Source of the DNA: Candidatus Ryanbacteria bacterium RIFCSPHIGHO2_02_FULL_45_17b
GTDB lineage: Bacteria > Patescibacteriota > Minisyncoccia > Ryanbacterales > 2-02-FULL-48-12
Length of the DNA: 64,000 nucleotides
NCBI GenBank assembly: GCA_001819815.1
Contig: MHNO01000009.1
Location: 460-64,459, forward strand
Direction of reading: 5' to 3'
Part shown: piece after piece, positions 19,027-29,336 of the stretch
Layout of the letters: each line of letters begins with the position of its first letter
Numbering within the stretch: position 1 is the stretch's first letter
Made by a program: the position numbers and the translations under genes
The notes under the pieces: model-generated
What the model was told of the DNA's origin: nothing
Databases searched by the model: none
The model's input: only the letters and a program-made list of their open reading frames with translations

Positions 19027-20304
19027 ATGTCTCATCAAACGCGCACAGCTTCAATAGCAACAACTATGCTCGTGGTATTGGCAGGTGTTTTTCTTATGCA
19101 TCCATTATCATACGCCTCTGCGGCCACAGAATCCGAACTTCGGGCGCGAATGGAAGCACAGCAAAAAGAAATACAAAAACTGGAAAAAGAAATTGCCGCA
19201 TACCACAAAACGCTATCACAAACCACTGAACAATCAAAAACACTCCAGCAGGAAGTAGCACGCATAGAAACACAAATAAAAAAAGTAAACGCGGATATGC
19301 GACTTACTCAAAATCGCCTTGCCTCCACACAGCTTCAAATAGAAGAGTTGGATGGGAATATAGCTGAGAGCCAATCAAAAATGGAAGCACATCGTCAGAC
19401 ACTTGCCGAAACATTACAAGCGGTATATCAAGCAGATACGAATTCGCTTATGGAGGTGTTATTGCAACATGAGCGTATTTCTGATTTTTTTGGAAACCTG
19501 GAAGATTTGGAACATCTGGAAGAATCTATCAATAGCAATCTTGCCTCTCTTCGCGAATCAAAAAAAGTTCTTGAGGATGAGCACGCCACCCGCACGGAAC
19601 AGAAAAAAACACTCTCTGCTCTTGACCGTGAACTGCAAAGCCGACGCGTCATAGAACAAAATGCCAAAAAAGTAAAAAATACCCTGCTTGCAGAAACAAA
19701 AAATGAAGAAGCGCGCTATCAAAAGTTAGTGCGGGATCGTGAAGCAAAACGGGAAGCGATGTTAAATGAAATACAGCGTACAGAAGATGAATTGAGAAAA
19801 CTTATAGATCCTTCAACCATCCCCGGATCGCACGCCGGCATTCTTGCCTGGCCCATTAAAGGCAGTGTTGCGCTTACCCAAAGTTTTGGGAATACACCGG
19901 ATTCTCAAATTCTATACAATGGCAAACCCCATAATGGCATAGATCTGCGCGCTCCTATTGGCACACCCCTGCATGCCGCTGATTCAGGCGAGGTATGGGA
20001 GACAGGCAATACAGACGCATATGCAGGTTGTTTATCTTATGGTAAATGGGTTCTTATCAAACATCCCAACAATCTTGCCACCCTGTATGCGCACCTTTCA
20101 CAAATACTAGTCACACGTGGAACTTCCGTCACGCGGGAGGATTTGATAGGATACACAGGGGAGACAGGATACGCTACCGGACCGCATCTCCATTTTGGCG
20201 TATACGACGCGAGCACCATGCAATTTCGTTCATCAAAAATAGCAGGAAGCAACTGTCAATTCTTGCCGTATGGAGGTTATTTGAATCCACTAGCATATTT
20301 ATAA
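19027..20304 (+). CDS. coiled-coil M23 family peptidase
   Basis: Signal peptide, long coiled coil, HNGID, YAHL, TGPHLHF. Confidence 0.9.
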   Translation: MSHQTRTASIATTMLVVLAGVFLMHPLSYASAATESELRARMEAQQKEIQKLEKEIAAYHKTLSQTTEQSKTLQQEVARIETQIKKVNADMRLTQNRLASTQLQIEELDGNIAESQSKMEAHRQTLAETLQAVYQADTNSLMEVLLQHERISDFFGNLEDLEHLEESINSNLASLRESKKVLEDEHATRTEQKKTLSALDRELQSRRVIEQNAKKVKNTLLAETKNEEARYQKLVRDREAKREAMLNEIQRTEDELRKLIDPSTIPGSHAGILAWPIKGSVALTQSFGNTPDSQILYNGKPHNGIDLRAPIGTPLHAADSGEVWETGNTDAYAGCLSYGKWVLIKHPNNLATLYAHLSQILVTRGTSVTREDLIGYTGETGYATGPHLHFGVYDASTMQFRSSKIAGSNCQFLPYGGYLNPLAYL

Positions 20305-20310
20305 TGAATC

Positions 20311-20520
20311 ATGAATAAAGGTATTATACAACTCATTATTATAATCATTCTCTCCGTAATTATTTTAAGCCTGCTGGGCGTAAGTTTGCGCGCATTGTTT
20401 ACCGATCAAACGCTTAAAGAAAATTTTATGTTCGTGTGGGATTTTGTTCTGCACGCATGGGGGACATACGTATCGCCTTATCTGCAGACGCTTTGGCAGA
20501 AAATTCAGGAGTTACGATAG
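20311..20520 (+). CDS. small membrane protein (pilin-like N-terminus)
   Basis: MNKG/IIQLIIIIIL hydrophobic start; co-oriented with the operon. Confidence 0.55.
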   Translation: MNKGIIQLIIIIILSVIILSLLGVSLRALFTDQTLKENFMFVWDFVLHAWGTYVSPYLQTLWQKIQELR

Positions 20521-20703
20521 TGATTTTTAATAAAGTAAAAACAAATAGTAAGCGGGGGCAGGATTGTGCGACGTGCTTACATGTTGCACAATAGGGTCGT
20601 AATGTCGCAAAAGATATATTGTGCGACGTACTATTGTACACTCCCCCTCCCTGCGCAATTTTTTTACAAAAAAGCGCGGGAAACATAATTCCTAGTAACA
20701 ACC

Positions 20704-21888
20704 ATGCGTACCTCCTATTCGGCGCTGGAAACACTCCGGCAATGCCCGCAAAAATATAAATTCCAGGAAATAGACAAGATAAAAACTCCCAAATCAAAGG
20801 AGGCGGTTTTTGGCACACTCATTCATGCTTCCCTTAAATTTCTTTTTTCACGCGACCCGCTGTACCCTTCTCTCGATGAGGTAATTGCGAACTTCCGCGA
20901 CTCCTGGCGTGCGTCTGAGATAGCAAACATGACAGAAGAGGAACGTTCTTTGTATTTGGCACAAGGTGAGAATATATTAAAACGATTTTATGCGAAAAAC
21001 CAGCCGTGGAATTTTAATGTGGTAGACATGGAATCTCGTTTTGAGCTCTCAGTCACTGACCCTACAACCGGAACTACACATAATATTGCCGGCATTATGG
21101 ATCGTATCGATAAACCCACGGACGATACTTTTGAAATTATAGATTACAAAACAAGCCGCACCATGAAATCGCAAGAACATCTAGATTCTGATCTGCAGCT
21201 TTCGCTGTATCACCTGGGTCTATTGCGCCGGTGGCCCCATATACAGGCAAGCAACATTGCGCTCTCCCTCTACTATGTAAAACATAATGAAAAGATAACA
21301 ACGGCTCGTAAAAGCGAAGACGCGAAACGTGTCGAGGAACACGTACTTGCCACCATTCGTGATATCGAAGCTCGTACCACCCAAAACGATTTCCCTCCCC
21401 AACCATCGGCGCTCTGCGACTGGTGTGGGTATAAGGCCATGTGTCCCGCCTGGAAATTCATGTTCATGGAACATGGAACACGTACCATGGAACAAAAAAA
21501 TATCATGGGCATATTGACAGAGTATTTTGATATTAAAAAAGAAACACAAAAACACGCAAAACGGCTTGCGGAATTGCAGATGGATATCAAAGCATACATG
21601 GATCAAGAAGGTCTCACCCGCGTATTTGGAGATGCAGGTGTTATTTCAAAAACCATACAAGAACGCTACGTCTATGACTATGAAAAAATTCGTGCCGTAC
21701 TCGAAACACATAATCGTCTTGATATATGGAACGCGCTGTTACAACCAGATGACAAAAAATTAAAAACTATTATATCTTCCCTGCCCTCTCCTCTCAAAGA
21801 GCAGGTTTTGGAAGCCCGATCGATTGCGAAAAAATTTGAAGTGCTCACCGCAACTATAAAAAAAACGTTCGAAGAACATGCGTCATAA
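20704..21888 (+). CDS. PD-(D/E)XK nuclease (RecB/AddB/Cas4-like, probable 4Fe-4S) with C-terminal extension
   Basis: SYS…CP, GTLIH, GIMDRID, IIDYKT, QLSLY, CDWCGY…CP. Confidence 0.88.
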   Translation: MRTSYSALETLRQCPQKYKFQEIDKIKTPKSKEAVFGTLIHASLKFLFSRDPLYPSLDEVIANFRDSWRASEIANMTEEERSLYLAQGENILKRFYAKNQPWNFNVVDMESRFELSVTDPTTGTTHNIAGIMDRIDKPTDDTFEIIDYKTSRTMKSQEHLDSDLQLSLYHLGLLRRWPHIQASNIALSLYYVKHNEKITTARKSEDAKRVEEHVLATIRDIEARTTQNDFPPQPSALCDWCGYKAMCPAWKFMFMEHGTRTMEQKNIMGILTEYFDIKKETQKHAKRLAELQMDIKAYMDQEGLTRVFGDAGVISKTIQERYVYDYEKIRAVLETHNRLDIWNALLQPDDKKLKTIISSLPSPLKEQVLEARSIAKKFEVLTATIKKTFEEHAS

Positions 21889-22269
21889 TCCCTCACACCC
21901 AGACGCAATAGTGTATCCTGCTTTTTCAGCTGCTTGCGCTGATGGAAACCAAACCTTATTTGCTTCCTTGACGCGGCTAAACCCTCCGCACCATGGATAG
22001 TAATAACGCGTGCCATTTCGACTTGTTGCCACCAATCCCGGAAGCCCGGAAGCTGCCATGTAGGTATCACGAACATCCGTTTCTGACAGATTGATCTGTC
22101 TTTCTTCGACTTGTATCGGACTCCGTTCCTGCCATAATAGAGCAATCCGCAGCAAACCCGCCATAAGCACAGCGCCTAAAAACGCCGTACACGCCCAAAA
22201 CACGCTATCTCTGCTCTCTTCCCACCACTCCTTGCTATTTTCTCTAAGTCTTGCTACTCTTTGGAGCAT
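21883..22269 (-). CDS. membrane-anchored protein with Ada metal-binding-like C-terminal domain
   Basis: TM helix, then SRNGTRYYYPWC…NKVWF…AEKAGY….C. Confidence 0.7.
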   Translation of the reverse strand: MLQRVARLRENSKEWWEESRDSVFWACTAFLGAVLMAGLLRIALLWQERSPIQVEERQINLSETDVRDTYMAASGLPGLVATSRNGTRYYYPWCGGFSRVKEANKVWFPSAQAAEKAGYTIASGCEGL

Positions 22270-22314
22270 ATACTAATCTTAGTTGCCTAGCGCTTAAAGC
22301 CTAGAGTCTAAAAA

Positions 22315-22596
22315 ATGGCACATACAAAATCTGCGGGTTCTACCGCGAATGTTCGCGACTCACAAGCAAAATATCGGGGTGTAAAAATACATGATGGAGA
22401 CCGCGCTGTCGCAGGCAATATTATTGTCCGCCAAGTTGGTTTACGCATTCTCCCGGGAACAGGCGTTCGCCAAGGACGCGATTTTACGCTCTATGCCATT
22501 CGAACTGGTCTTGTAAAATTCTCTGCAAAACGAAAGAAACGATTTGATGGAACTACTACACGAAAGAAAGTGGTAAGCGTCGTTGCTAATTCTTGA
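22315..22596 (+). CDS. rpmA: 50S ribosomal protein L27
   Basis: MAHTKSAGST.N.RDS…GVK…GNIIVRQ. Confidence 0.95.
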   Translation: MAHTKSAGSTANVRDSQAKYRGVKIHDGDRAVAGNIIVRQVGLRILPGTGVRQGRDFTLYAIRTGLVKFSAKRKKRFDGTTTRKKVVSVVANS

Positions 22597-24238
22597 CGTC
22601 TTTCTTCATCGCGGCTTGTATAAAAGCAAGAAACAATGGATGCGGGTCTAAAAACCGAGATTGAAATTCCGGATGAAATTGTGTTCCCATGAAAAAGGGA
22701 TGGTCTCGCAGCTCGATTATTTCCGCAAGGTCTCGTTCCGGGTTTACTCCGGAGACAACGAGACCCTTTTTTATTAAACGCTCGCGAAACATATTATTGA
22801 GTTCATAACGATGGCGATGGCGTTCTTTTATGCGTGGCAAACCATACGCGCCATACGCCTTTGTTCCCTGTTGCAAGCGGCATGTATACGATCCCAAACG
22901 CATAGAACCGCCCATATGACGCGTGGCGATATTCTCTTTTTGTTCCGGCAACACATCAATCACGGGATATGTCGTTTTTGGATCTACTTCCGTGGTATGG
23001 GCGCCTTCCATGTGAACGACATTCCGCGCGAACTCTACAACCGCCAAGTGCATACCGTAACATAACCCGAAGTAGGGCACGTTGTTTTTTCGACAAAATT
23101 CTATAACGCGTATTTTTCCTTCCACACCACGACTGCCAAAACCTCCGGGCACCACGATACCATCAAAATCACGCAAGCTCCACAATAACTTTGGATCACG
23201 TTCATATTCTTCCGCGTTTAACCAATGTAATTCCGGAAACCGCTTTTCCGTCCACGCCGCGTGTTTCAGCGCCTCAATTACCGAAATATAAGAATCAGAA
23301 AGCGTAAATGCGCCCGTGCCAAAATACTTTCCCACAATTCCGATTTTTATCGGCTTCTTTGCGTCGCGCGCCTGCCGCATGCGCTCCTGCCACGCACTCA
23401 TGTTCTTCTTTTTTTTCGAAACCGACATGCGAAATTTTTTCAACAACCTATCACCCAAGCCTTCCTTTTCATAATTCAAAGGCACTTCATAAATAGAAGA
23501 AACATCGGGCGCTGAAATAATATCTTCCTCTTGCATATTGCAAAATACCGACACTTTTTGCTTCCGTGGTTTATCCAACGGAACCGATGACCGCGCAAGA
23601 ATGATGTCCGGCTGAATTCCAGCCGTATTCAAAGAACGCACCGCGTATTGCGTAGGTTTTGTCTTCATCTCTCCCAACATCTGCGGTATGGGAAAATAAC
23701 TCACCATCACAAAAAGAACCTTATCGGGATGTTGTAATTTCATCATACGGCCCGCCTCCAGGAATAATAAATTTTGGTACTCACCTACCGTACCGCCGAT
23801 TTCTACCATAACAAAATCCGATGACGTGCGCGTGCCCGCGCGTTCAATCCGTTGTATAACCTCTTCCGGCACATGGGGCACCACTTCCACACACTTGCCG
23901 TCAAACTCGAGATTACGCTCTTTTGTTATAACAGAAAGATACACCGCCCCCGTTGTCATGTAGTTATAAGCATGCATCTCTTCCCCCAAAAACCGTTCAT
24001 AGTTGCCAATATCCTGATCACACTCCATGCCATCAGTAGTAACAAAAACCTCCCCGTGTTCTACAGGGTTCATGGTTCCCGCATCTACATTGATGTAGGG
24101 GTCTATCTTTACTGCCGTTACGCGATATCCGCGTGATTGCAAAATGTTACCGATGGAGGACGTCGCAACACCCTTGCCAATGCCGGACATCACTCCCCCC
24201 ACCACAAAAATATACCGCGTGTTATGATTAGAGCCCAT
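22586..24238 (-). CDS. pyrG: CTP synthase
   Basis: GGVMSGIGKG, KIDPYINVDAGTM, KTKPTQ, GLCYGM, RHRHRYE, QFHPEF. Confidence 0.97.
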   Translation of the reverse strand: MGSNHNTRYIFVVGGVMSGIGKGVATSSIGNILQSRGYRVTAVKIDPYINVDAGTMNPVEHGEVFVTTDGMECDQDIGNYERFLGEEMHAYNYMTTGAVYLSVITKERNLEFDGKCVEVVPHVPEEVIQRIERAGTRTSSDFVMVEIGGTVGEYQNLLFLEAGRMMKLQHPDKVLFVMVSYFPIPQMLGEMKTKPTQYAVRSLNTAGIQPDIILARSSVPLDKPRKQKVSVFCNMQEEDIISAPDVSSIYEVPLNYEKEGLGDRLLKKFRMSVSKKKKNMSAWQERMRQARDAKKPIKIGIVGKYFGTGAFTLSDSYISVIEALKHAAWTEKRFPELHWLNAEEYERDPKLLWSLRDFDGIVVPGGFGSRGVEGKIRVIEFCRKNNVPYFGLCYGMHLAVVEFARNVVHMEGAHTTEVDPKTTYPVIDVLPEQKENIATRHMGGSMRLGSYTCRLQQGTKAYGAYGLPRIKERHRHRYELNNMFRERLIKKGLVVSGVNPERDLAEIIELRDHPFFMGTQFHPEFQSRFLDPHPLFLAFIQAAMKKDVKN

Positions 24239-24337
24239 CTCAAAAATAATGAGAAACTAGAATGCTTGGATTTCGTGCAGTAGAAATATAAGTATTATAG
24301 CCCTCAAGTAGTTACATATATCTTTGTTAATGCACGG

Positions 24338-24799
24338 TTATTTTTGAGAGGGGCTCTGGTCACGCTCCACTGTTATGGAAATAATGCCAGTAACCATGTC
24401 GTCAAATATTACCGTAACGGGATACGTTCCCAGTTCTTTGATGTGCGCTTCCAGATGAATGTGCTTCTCATCAAGATTATGTCCCTTCCCTGCTAATGCA
24501 CTTACGATATCCGCTTCTGTAACAGATCCAAACAGATGACCCTCGTCAGTCGCTTTCCGTAAGATAACAATCTGTTCCTTTTGCAACGCCTCCAGAAACA
24601 TGGCAAATGCCTCCTGATCTTTCGCGTGCTGATAAGCCGCGTCTCTCTGCATACGCTTTGCCTGCTCCAAACCGGCGGCTGTTGCCAAGTGGGCAAGTCC
24701 GCGCGGGAAAAGAAAGTTGCGAAAATACCCGGATGAGACATCTTTTACGTCACCTGCGTGTCCGAGTTTTTCTACTTGTTTTCGTAAAATTACCTGCAT
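24338..24799 (-). CDS. rplI: 50S ribosomal protein L9
   Basis: MQVIL…LG..GDV..V..GY.RNFLFP, LFGSVT, IKELG. Confidence 0.95.
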   Translation of the reverse strand: MQVILRKQVEKLGHAGDVKDVSSGYFRNFLFPRGLAHLATAAGLEQAKRMQRDAAYQHAKDQEAFAMFLEALQKEQIVILRKATDEGHLFGSVTEADIVSALAGKGHNLDEKHIHLEAHIKELGTYPVTVIFDDMVTGIISITVERDQSPSQK

Positions 24800-24810
24800 A
24801 TGCCTCCATG

Positions 24811-26013
24811 TTACTCCATTCCTTTTATTATTTCAAGAGCTTTTTCCATCTGTGGATCTTGTAATTTTTCAACGTCTTCCGGGGTTATTTCAACCACAAT
24901 GTCCGGATCGAGACCGTTTTCAGAAAGTGAAATACCTGATGGAGTGAGCCAACGCGCTATGGTTACTTTCAATGAGGTAGTATTCGTGACATCAACCAGC
25001 TCTTGCACAGAACCTTTGCCAAATGTTTTGGTGCCAATAAGCTGTGTCTTTAAATGATCACGTAAGGCTCCTGCAAGAATTTCGGATGCCGACGCGGAAC
25101 CATTATTCACAAGTATTACTGTGGGGATATTGCTGAGCGCGTTATATCCATGGCTTCTATGCTGAAGTTCAGTGCCATCACCAAATGCTTCCCGCGCAAC
25201 AACTTTCCCCGACTCCAAAAACCAACTTGCAATATCTACTGACGCTTCTAAAAACCCGCCGGGATTGTTTCGCAAATCAAGAATAAGTTTATTGCTTCCC
25301 GAACGCGCCATTTCTTGAAGCGCTTTGCGAAATTCAAGCGGAGATTGTTCTGAAAAATTATACAGATGGATCACAAAAACACCGCCGTCTCGTTTCTCCA
25401 TATCAAGAATGGGCACATGAATAGTATCGCGCGTAATCTTTATAACACGCATTTCGTCTTCCCCGCTCCGTAAAATAGTAAGCGCAACAACGGTTCCTTT
25501 ATCCCCGCGAATAAGGCGCACAGCTTCATCAAGCGTCAACTCTGTCGTTATGACATCATCTATACGCGCAATTTTATCGCCTGGAAGCAATCCGGCTCCC
25601 GCTGCGGGCGAACCCGTAAGCGGAGAAATGACAGTGAGCACCCCCTTGCGCATGCCGATCTCCGCGCCTATACCCTCAAATTTTCCTTCAATTTCTGACT
25701 CAAAAAGCTGTTTTTCTACCGGCGGAAAAAATACGGTATAGGGATCATCAAGCGCGGCAACCATACCGCCTATAGCGCCATATACCATTTTCTGCCTATC
25801 AAGCCCATCACTTGCGACATATTTCTCCTCTATTAAATTCCATGCTTTCCAAAATGGCGAAAAATCGACTTCCGCCGGTTTTGCGGTTTCTTTGTTGTAT
25901 AACGATGTCACTTGGTCTATCGTCGGCCGCTGACTGTAGCCCACATACACCCCTACGCCAAACCCCGCTCCTATAACAAGAAACGCAGCAGCAACCAAAC
26001 TTATTTTTCTCAT
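24811..26013 (-). CDS. S41 carboxyl-terminal processing protease with PDZ domain
   Basis: DPYT, GIGA, LDLRNNPGG, SASASEI, TFGKGSVQ. Confidence 0.93.
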   Translation of the reverse strand: MRKISLVAAAFLVIGAGFGVGVYVGYSQRPTIDQVTSLYNKETAKPAEVDFSPFWKAWNLIEEKYVASDGLDRQKMVYGAIGGMVAALDDPYTVFFPPVEKQLFESEIEGKFEGIGAEIGMRKGVLTVISPLTGSPAAGAGLLPGDKIARIDDVITTELTLDEAVRLIRGDKGTVVALTILRSGEDEMRVIKITRDTIHVPILDMEKRDGGVFVIHLYNFSEQSPLEFRKALQEMARSGSNKLILDLRNNPGGFLEASVDIASWFLESGKVVAREAFGDGTELQHRSHGYNALSNIPTVILVNNGSASASEILAGALRDHLKTQLIGTKTFGKGSVQELVDVTNTTSLKVTIARWLTPSGISLSENGLDPDIVVEITPEDVEKLQDPQMEKALEIIKGME

Positions 26014-26040
26014 ACATTGCATTTCTTAAGTATCGCAAAG

Positions 26041-26069
26041 AAAAAAGCTCTGGTCAATTGACCAAAGCT
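26041..26069 (-). terminator. intrinsic terminator
   Basis: Minus strand AGCTTTGGTC-aatt-GACCAGAGCT then a T run, just after the 26100 stop. Confidence 0.6.
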
Positions 26070-26099
26070 CTAACAACTTCGTTTTGATGATACCGTTTA

Positions 26100-26900
26100 T
26101 TATTTAGATTTTTCTTCCTCGCCTTTCTTTGGAATAATCGGGCAAAATCCCTTATATAGTGCCGTGATATTTTGCATAAACAGGCTTCCTTGAGCGGTCA
26201 CACCTTTAAACATTTGCAGTTTTGCTATTACAATAACAAAGGCAACAACGAGACAAATAGCAAAAACCACAATACCAAGCCAGTAGAAAACCCCCAACAC
26301 AGCACTCCAGCCAAAAGTTTGTATGCCCCCGAGAATCCAAACAAAACCTACATTGGCGCTCACAAACAGCGCCAGAAAATAAAAGGCTACTGTACTGTTT
26401 GCTTTATATTTTAGCACAAGGTTCCAATACAGGAACGTGAATACTATGTTGTATGAGATCGACCACACTATCAAATGAAGCATGCTTGTAAATTCATCCT
26501 TTTCATTCCAGGCAAAAAAATGATCATACCCTCCCGTACCAACTGAATAGGTAGTGTTTATTATCGCATACATAGATGCCAGCATTACAAGCCACAGAAA
26601 CAGAGTGAAAAAAGTAAGCCACGATCCTCGGCATACCGAAACCCCAGAATACTCTTTCCAAGAATCCCACACCGTCTCCATATAGCGAGAATACGAAGTA
26701 TGGTAAAAATCTTCCGACCAAAGAAATGCAAAAAAAGTGAGCATGGAAAGTTCAAGTAACACCAATACCACTTTTACTATGTCCAATAATAACTTGCCTT
26801 GGTTACTTTCTGGTGATAACCCAAAAAGATATACCGACACACCAGCCACAAAGGCGATTGCCCCCAAGAGCGCTCCACGCGCTTTGTTAATGTTCTGCAT
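26100..26900 (-). CDS. hypothetical multi-pass membrane protein
   Basis: About 6 hydrophobic segments; SD AAGGAGG; own terminator. Confidence 0.7.
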   Translation of the reverse strand: MQNINKARGALLGAIAFVAGVSVYLFGLSPESNQGKLLLDIVKVVLVLLELSMLTFFAFLWSEDFYHTSYSRYMETVWDSWKEYSGVSVCRGSWLTFFTLFLWLVMLASMYAIINTTYSVGTGGYDHFFAWNEKDEFTSMLHLIVWSISYNIVFTFLYWNLVLKYKANSTVAFYFLALFVSANVGFVWILGGIQTFGWSAVLGVFYWLGIVVFAICLVVAFVIVIAKLQMFKGVTAQGSLFMQNITALYKGFCPIIPKKGEEEKSK

Positions 26901-26981
26901 AATAAGACCTCCTTATTGTGTGGATTTAGACTTACTCCTATCATACTTCCATAAAAATTACAAGTACGGTACACTAAACAT

Positions 26982-27887
26982 ATGCCCGTTATCCATGGAA
27001 AAAATTTTATTTGGACGCACCTAGAAAAACCAACGGAAGACGACATATTGGAAATTGCCAAAAATCGAGACCTTCATCTGCTGGTAGTTGAGGAGCTTTT
27101 GCATCCCACATTTCATCCAAAAATAGAGGTATATGATTCCTATATCTATCTCGTACTCCATTTCCCCCGCTTTGACACTCGCGATACAACCCATGGCACC
27201 GAGATTGATGTTGTCATCGGAAAAGATTTTTTTATTACCGCCCAATACGCGCGTATGCCTGTATGTGAACAGTTCATAAACGCCTGCGAAACAGATAAGC
27301 GAAAATCAAAACAATATCTCACAAGCGTCGGTGAGCTCCTGTATTACCTGCTTTCCGATCTTTTTAGAGATTCATTCCACGAACTCGAAAAAATGGATAC
27401 GGTCATTTCTGCCATGGAAAATATTATTTTCAAAGAACGAAATCGCGACTATATAGAAAACATCTCTCTTCTGCGGCGTCAAATACTCGATTTTCGTCAC
27501 ACTATTCATTCTCAACAGTCGGTATTGCAATCTCTGGCGGATGAAGGAAGGGAATTTTTTGGAAAACATATGCAGCCGTACATAAGCCGTATTACGGGAA
27601 ATCATCTTCGGATGTGGCACATTTTGGAAAATCACAAAGAAACCGTGGAAGCGCTGCACGAAACAAATGAATCACTTCTTTCATCTCGCGCTACGGAGAT
27701 AACCAAAAACCTCACCATCATGGCTTTTATTATTTTGCCGCTTACTCTTGTGGCAAACATTTTTGGCATGAACGTGGCGTTCTTTCCCATTGTCGGAAAC
27801 CCCTATGATTTCTGGGTTATTGTAGGCATTATGCTCGCCGGAATTACGGGAATGTTTATATTTTTCAAATGGAAAAAATGGATTTAA
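26982..27887 (+). CDS. corA: CorA-family Mg2+ transporter
   Basis: C-terminal LPLT…IFGMN motif and two TM helices. Confidence 0.92.
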   Translation: MPVIHGKNFIWTHLEKPTEDDILEIAKNRDLHLLVVEELLHPTFHPKIEVYDSYIYLVLHFPRFDTRDTTHGTEIDVVIGKDFFITAQYARMPVCEQFINACETDKRKSKQYLTSVGELLYYLLSDLFRDSFHELEKMDTVISAMENIIFKERNRDYIENISLLRRQILDFRHTIHSQQSVLQSLADEGREFFGKHMQPYISRITGNHLRMWHILENHKETVEALHETNESLLSSRATEITKNLTIMAFIILPLTLVANIFGMNVAFFPIVGNPYDFWVIVGIMLAGITGMFIFFKWKKWI

Positions 27888-29251
27888 AACTTTACAATAC
27901 CCTTTCGCGAAAAAAGGAACTATTCAAGCCCCTCAAAAAGGGGGTTGTTCACATGTACACATGCGGCCCTACGGTATATAACTTTGCACATATCGGAAAT
28001 CTTAGAGCTTACCTGTTCCAAGATATTCTAAAACGTGTGCTCCAAAAAAATGGGTACCAGATCAATCATGTAATGAATATTACGGATGTAGACGACAAAA
28101 CCATTGCAGGTGCCAAAGCCGCGCGAATATCTTTGAAAGAATTTACGAGCACATACGAAACTGCCTTTATCCAAGACCTCAAGAAACTCAACATCATATT
28201 ACCAAGTACCTTTACTCGCGCCACCGAACATATTCCCGAAATGATCGATGTAATACAAAAACTTGTCGCCCACCAATACGCCTACATGAAAGATGGTTCC
28301 GTATATTATGATGTTTCTGCTTTCAAGCCATACGGCAAACTAGCACATTTGGACAAGAAAGGTCTTAAAGCAGGAGCACGCGTGGATGTAGATGAGTATT
28401 CTAAAGATGAAGTTCAGGATTTTGTTCTTTGGAAACAACAAAAGCCTGATGAACCTGCTTGGGATTCGCCCTTTGGTAAAGGCCGCCCCGGGTGGCACAT
28501 TGAGTGCTCAGCTATGTCTATGAAAGAACTTGGCGAGACGTTTGATATTCATACGGGAGGAGTTGATCTTATATTTCCTCATCATGAAAACGAAATCGCG
28601 CAATCGGAAGCGGCAACAGGAAAACTGTTTGTCCGTTATTGGCTCCATAGTGAACATTTGCTCATAGATAAAGAAAAAATGTCGAAGTCTCTTCATAATA
28701 TATACACACTCCAAGATATTGAGGAGAAAGCCTTCTCTCCGCTTGATTTTCGCTATCTTGTTCTTGGAGCACACTACCGTTCAAAATTGAATTTTACCTG
28801 GCAATCATTGGAAAGCGCGAGACATGCGCGCAAAGAATTGGAAGAGTTTGTACGCGAAGTTCTTGCGGAAAAAAAAGATCCTAAAAAACCACTGCCTGCC
28901 TTTTACGCGTCCGCGAAAAAACAATTTTTAGCGGCAATTACCGACGATCTTAATTCTCCAAAAGCTTTAGGTGTTCTTTGGAAATTTATACGCCACTATC
29001 GCACGACAAAAACAAAACACCCTGCATCAGCTTACGAGCTCATGGTAACATTTGATGCTCTATTAGGACTTGACCTTTACGCTGTTAGATCCATACAGAT
29101 ACCTGCTACCATCAAAACGTTAGTAGTAAAACGCGAAGAGGCCCGCCAAAAAAAGCATTGGCTTGAAGCAGACATCCTTCGTGGCGAGCTTCAAAAGAAG
29201 GGCTGGGAAGTAAAAGATACTGCCCACGGTTCTATTATCACAAAACGGTGA
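27878..29251 (+). CDS. cysS: cysteine--tRNA ligase
   Basis: CGPTVY..AHIGN, GRPGWHIECS, FPHHENE, KMSKS. Confidence 0.97.
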   Translation: MDLKLYNTLSRKKELFKPLKKGVVHMYTCGPTVYNFAHIGNLRAYLFQDILKRVLQKNGYQINHVMNITDVDDKTIAGAKAARISLKEFTSTYETAFIQDLKKLNIILPSTFTRATEHIPEMIDVIQKLVAHQYAYMKDGSVYYDVSAFKPYGKLAHLDKKGLKAGARVDVDEYSKDEVQDFVLWKQQKPDEPAWDSPFGKGRPGWHIECSAMSMKELGETFDIHTGGVDLIFPHHENEIAQSEAATGKLFVRYWLHSEHLLIDKEKMSKSLHNIYTLQDIEEKAFSPLDFRYLVLGAHYRSKLNFTWQSLESARHARKELEEFVREVLAEKKDPKKPLPAFYASAKKQFLAAITDDLNSPKALGVLWKFIRHYRTTKTKHPASAYELMVTFDALLGLDLYAVRSIQIPATIKTLVVKREEARQKKHWLEADILRGELQKKGWEVKDTAHGSIITKR

Positions 29252-29336
29252 TTGCTTGTTGCCCACACATTCTCTACACGTTATCCTCCAATTTGGTGTT
29301 TGTTTCTAAAATTACTCTCGCCTATACTTATCCTAT

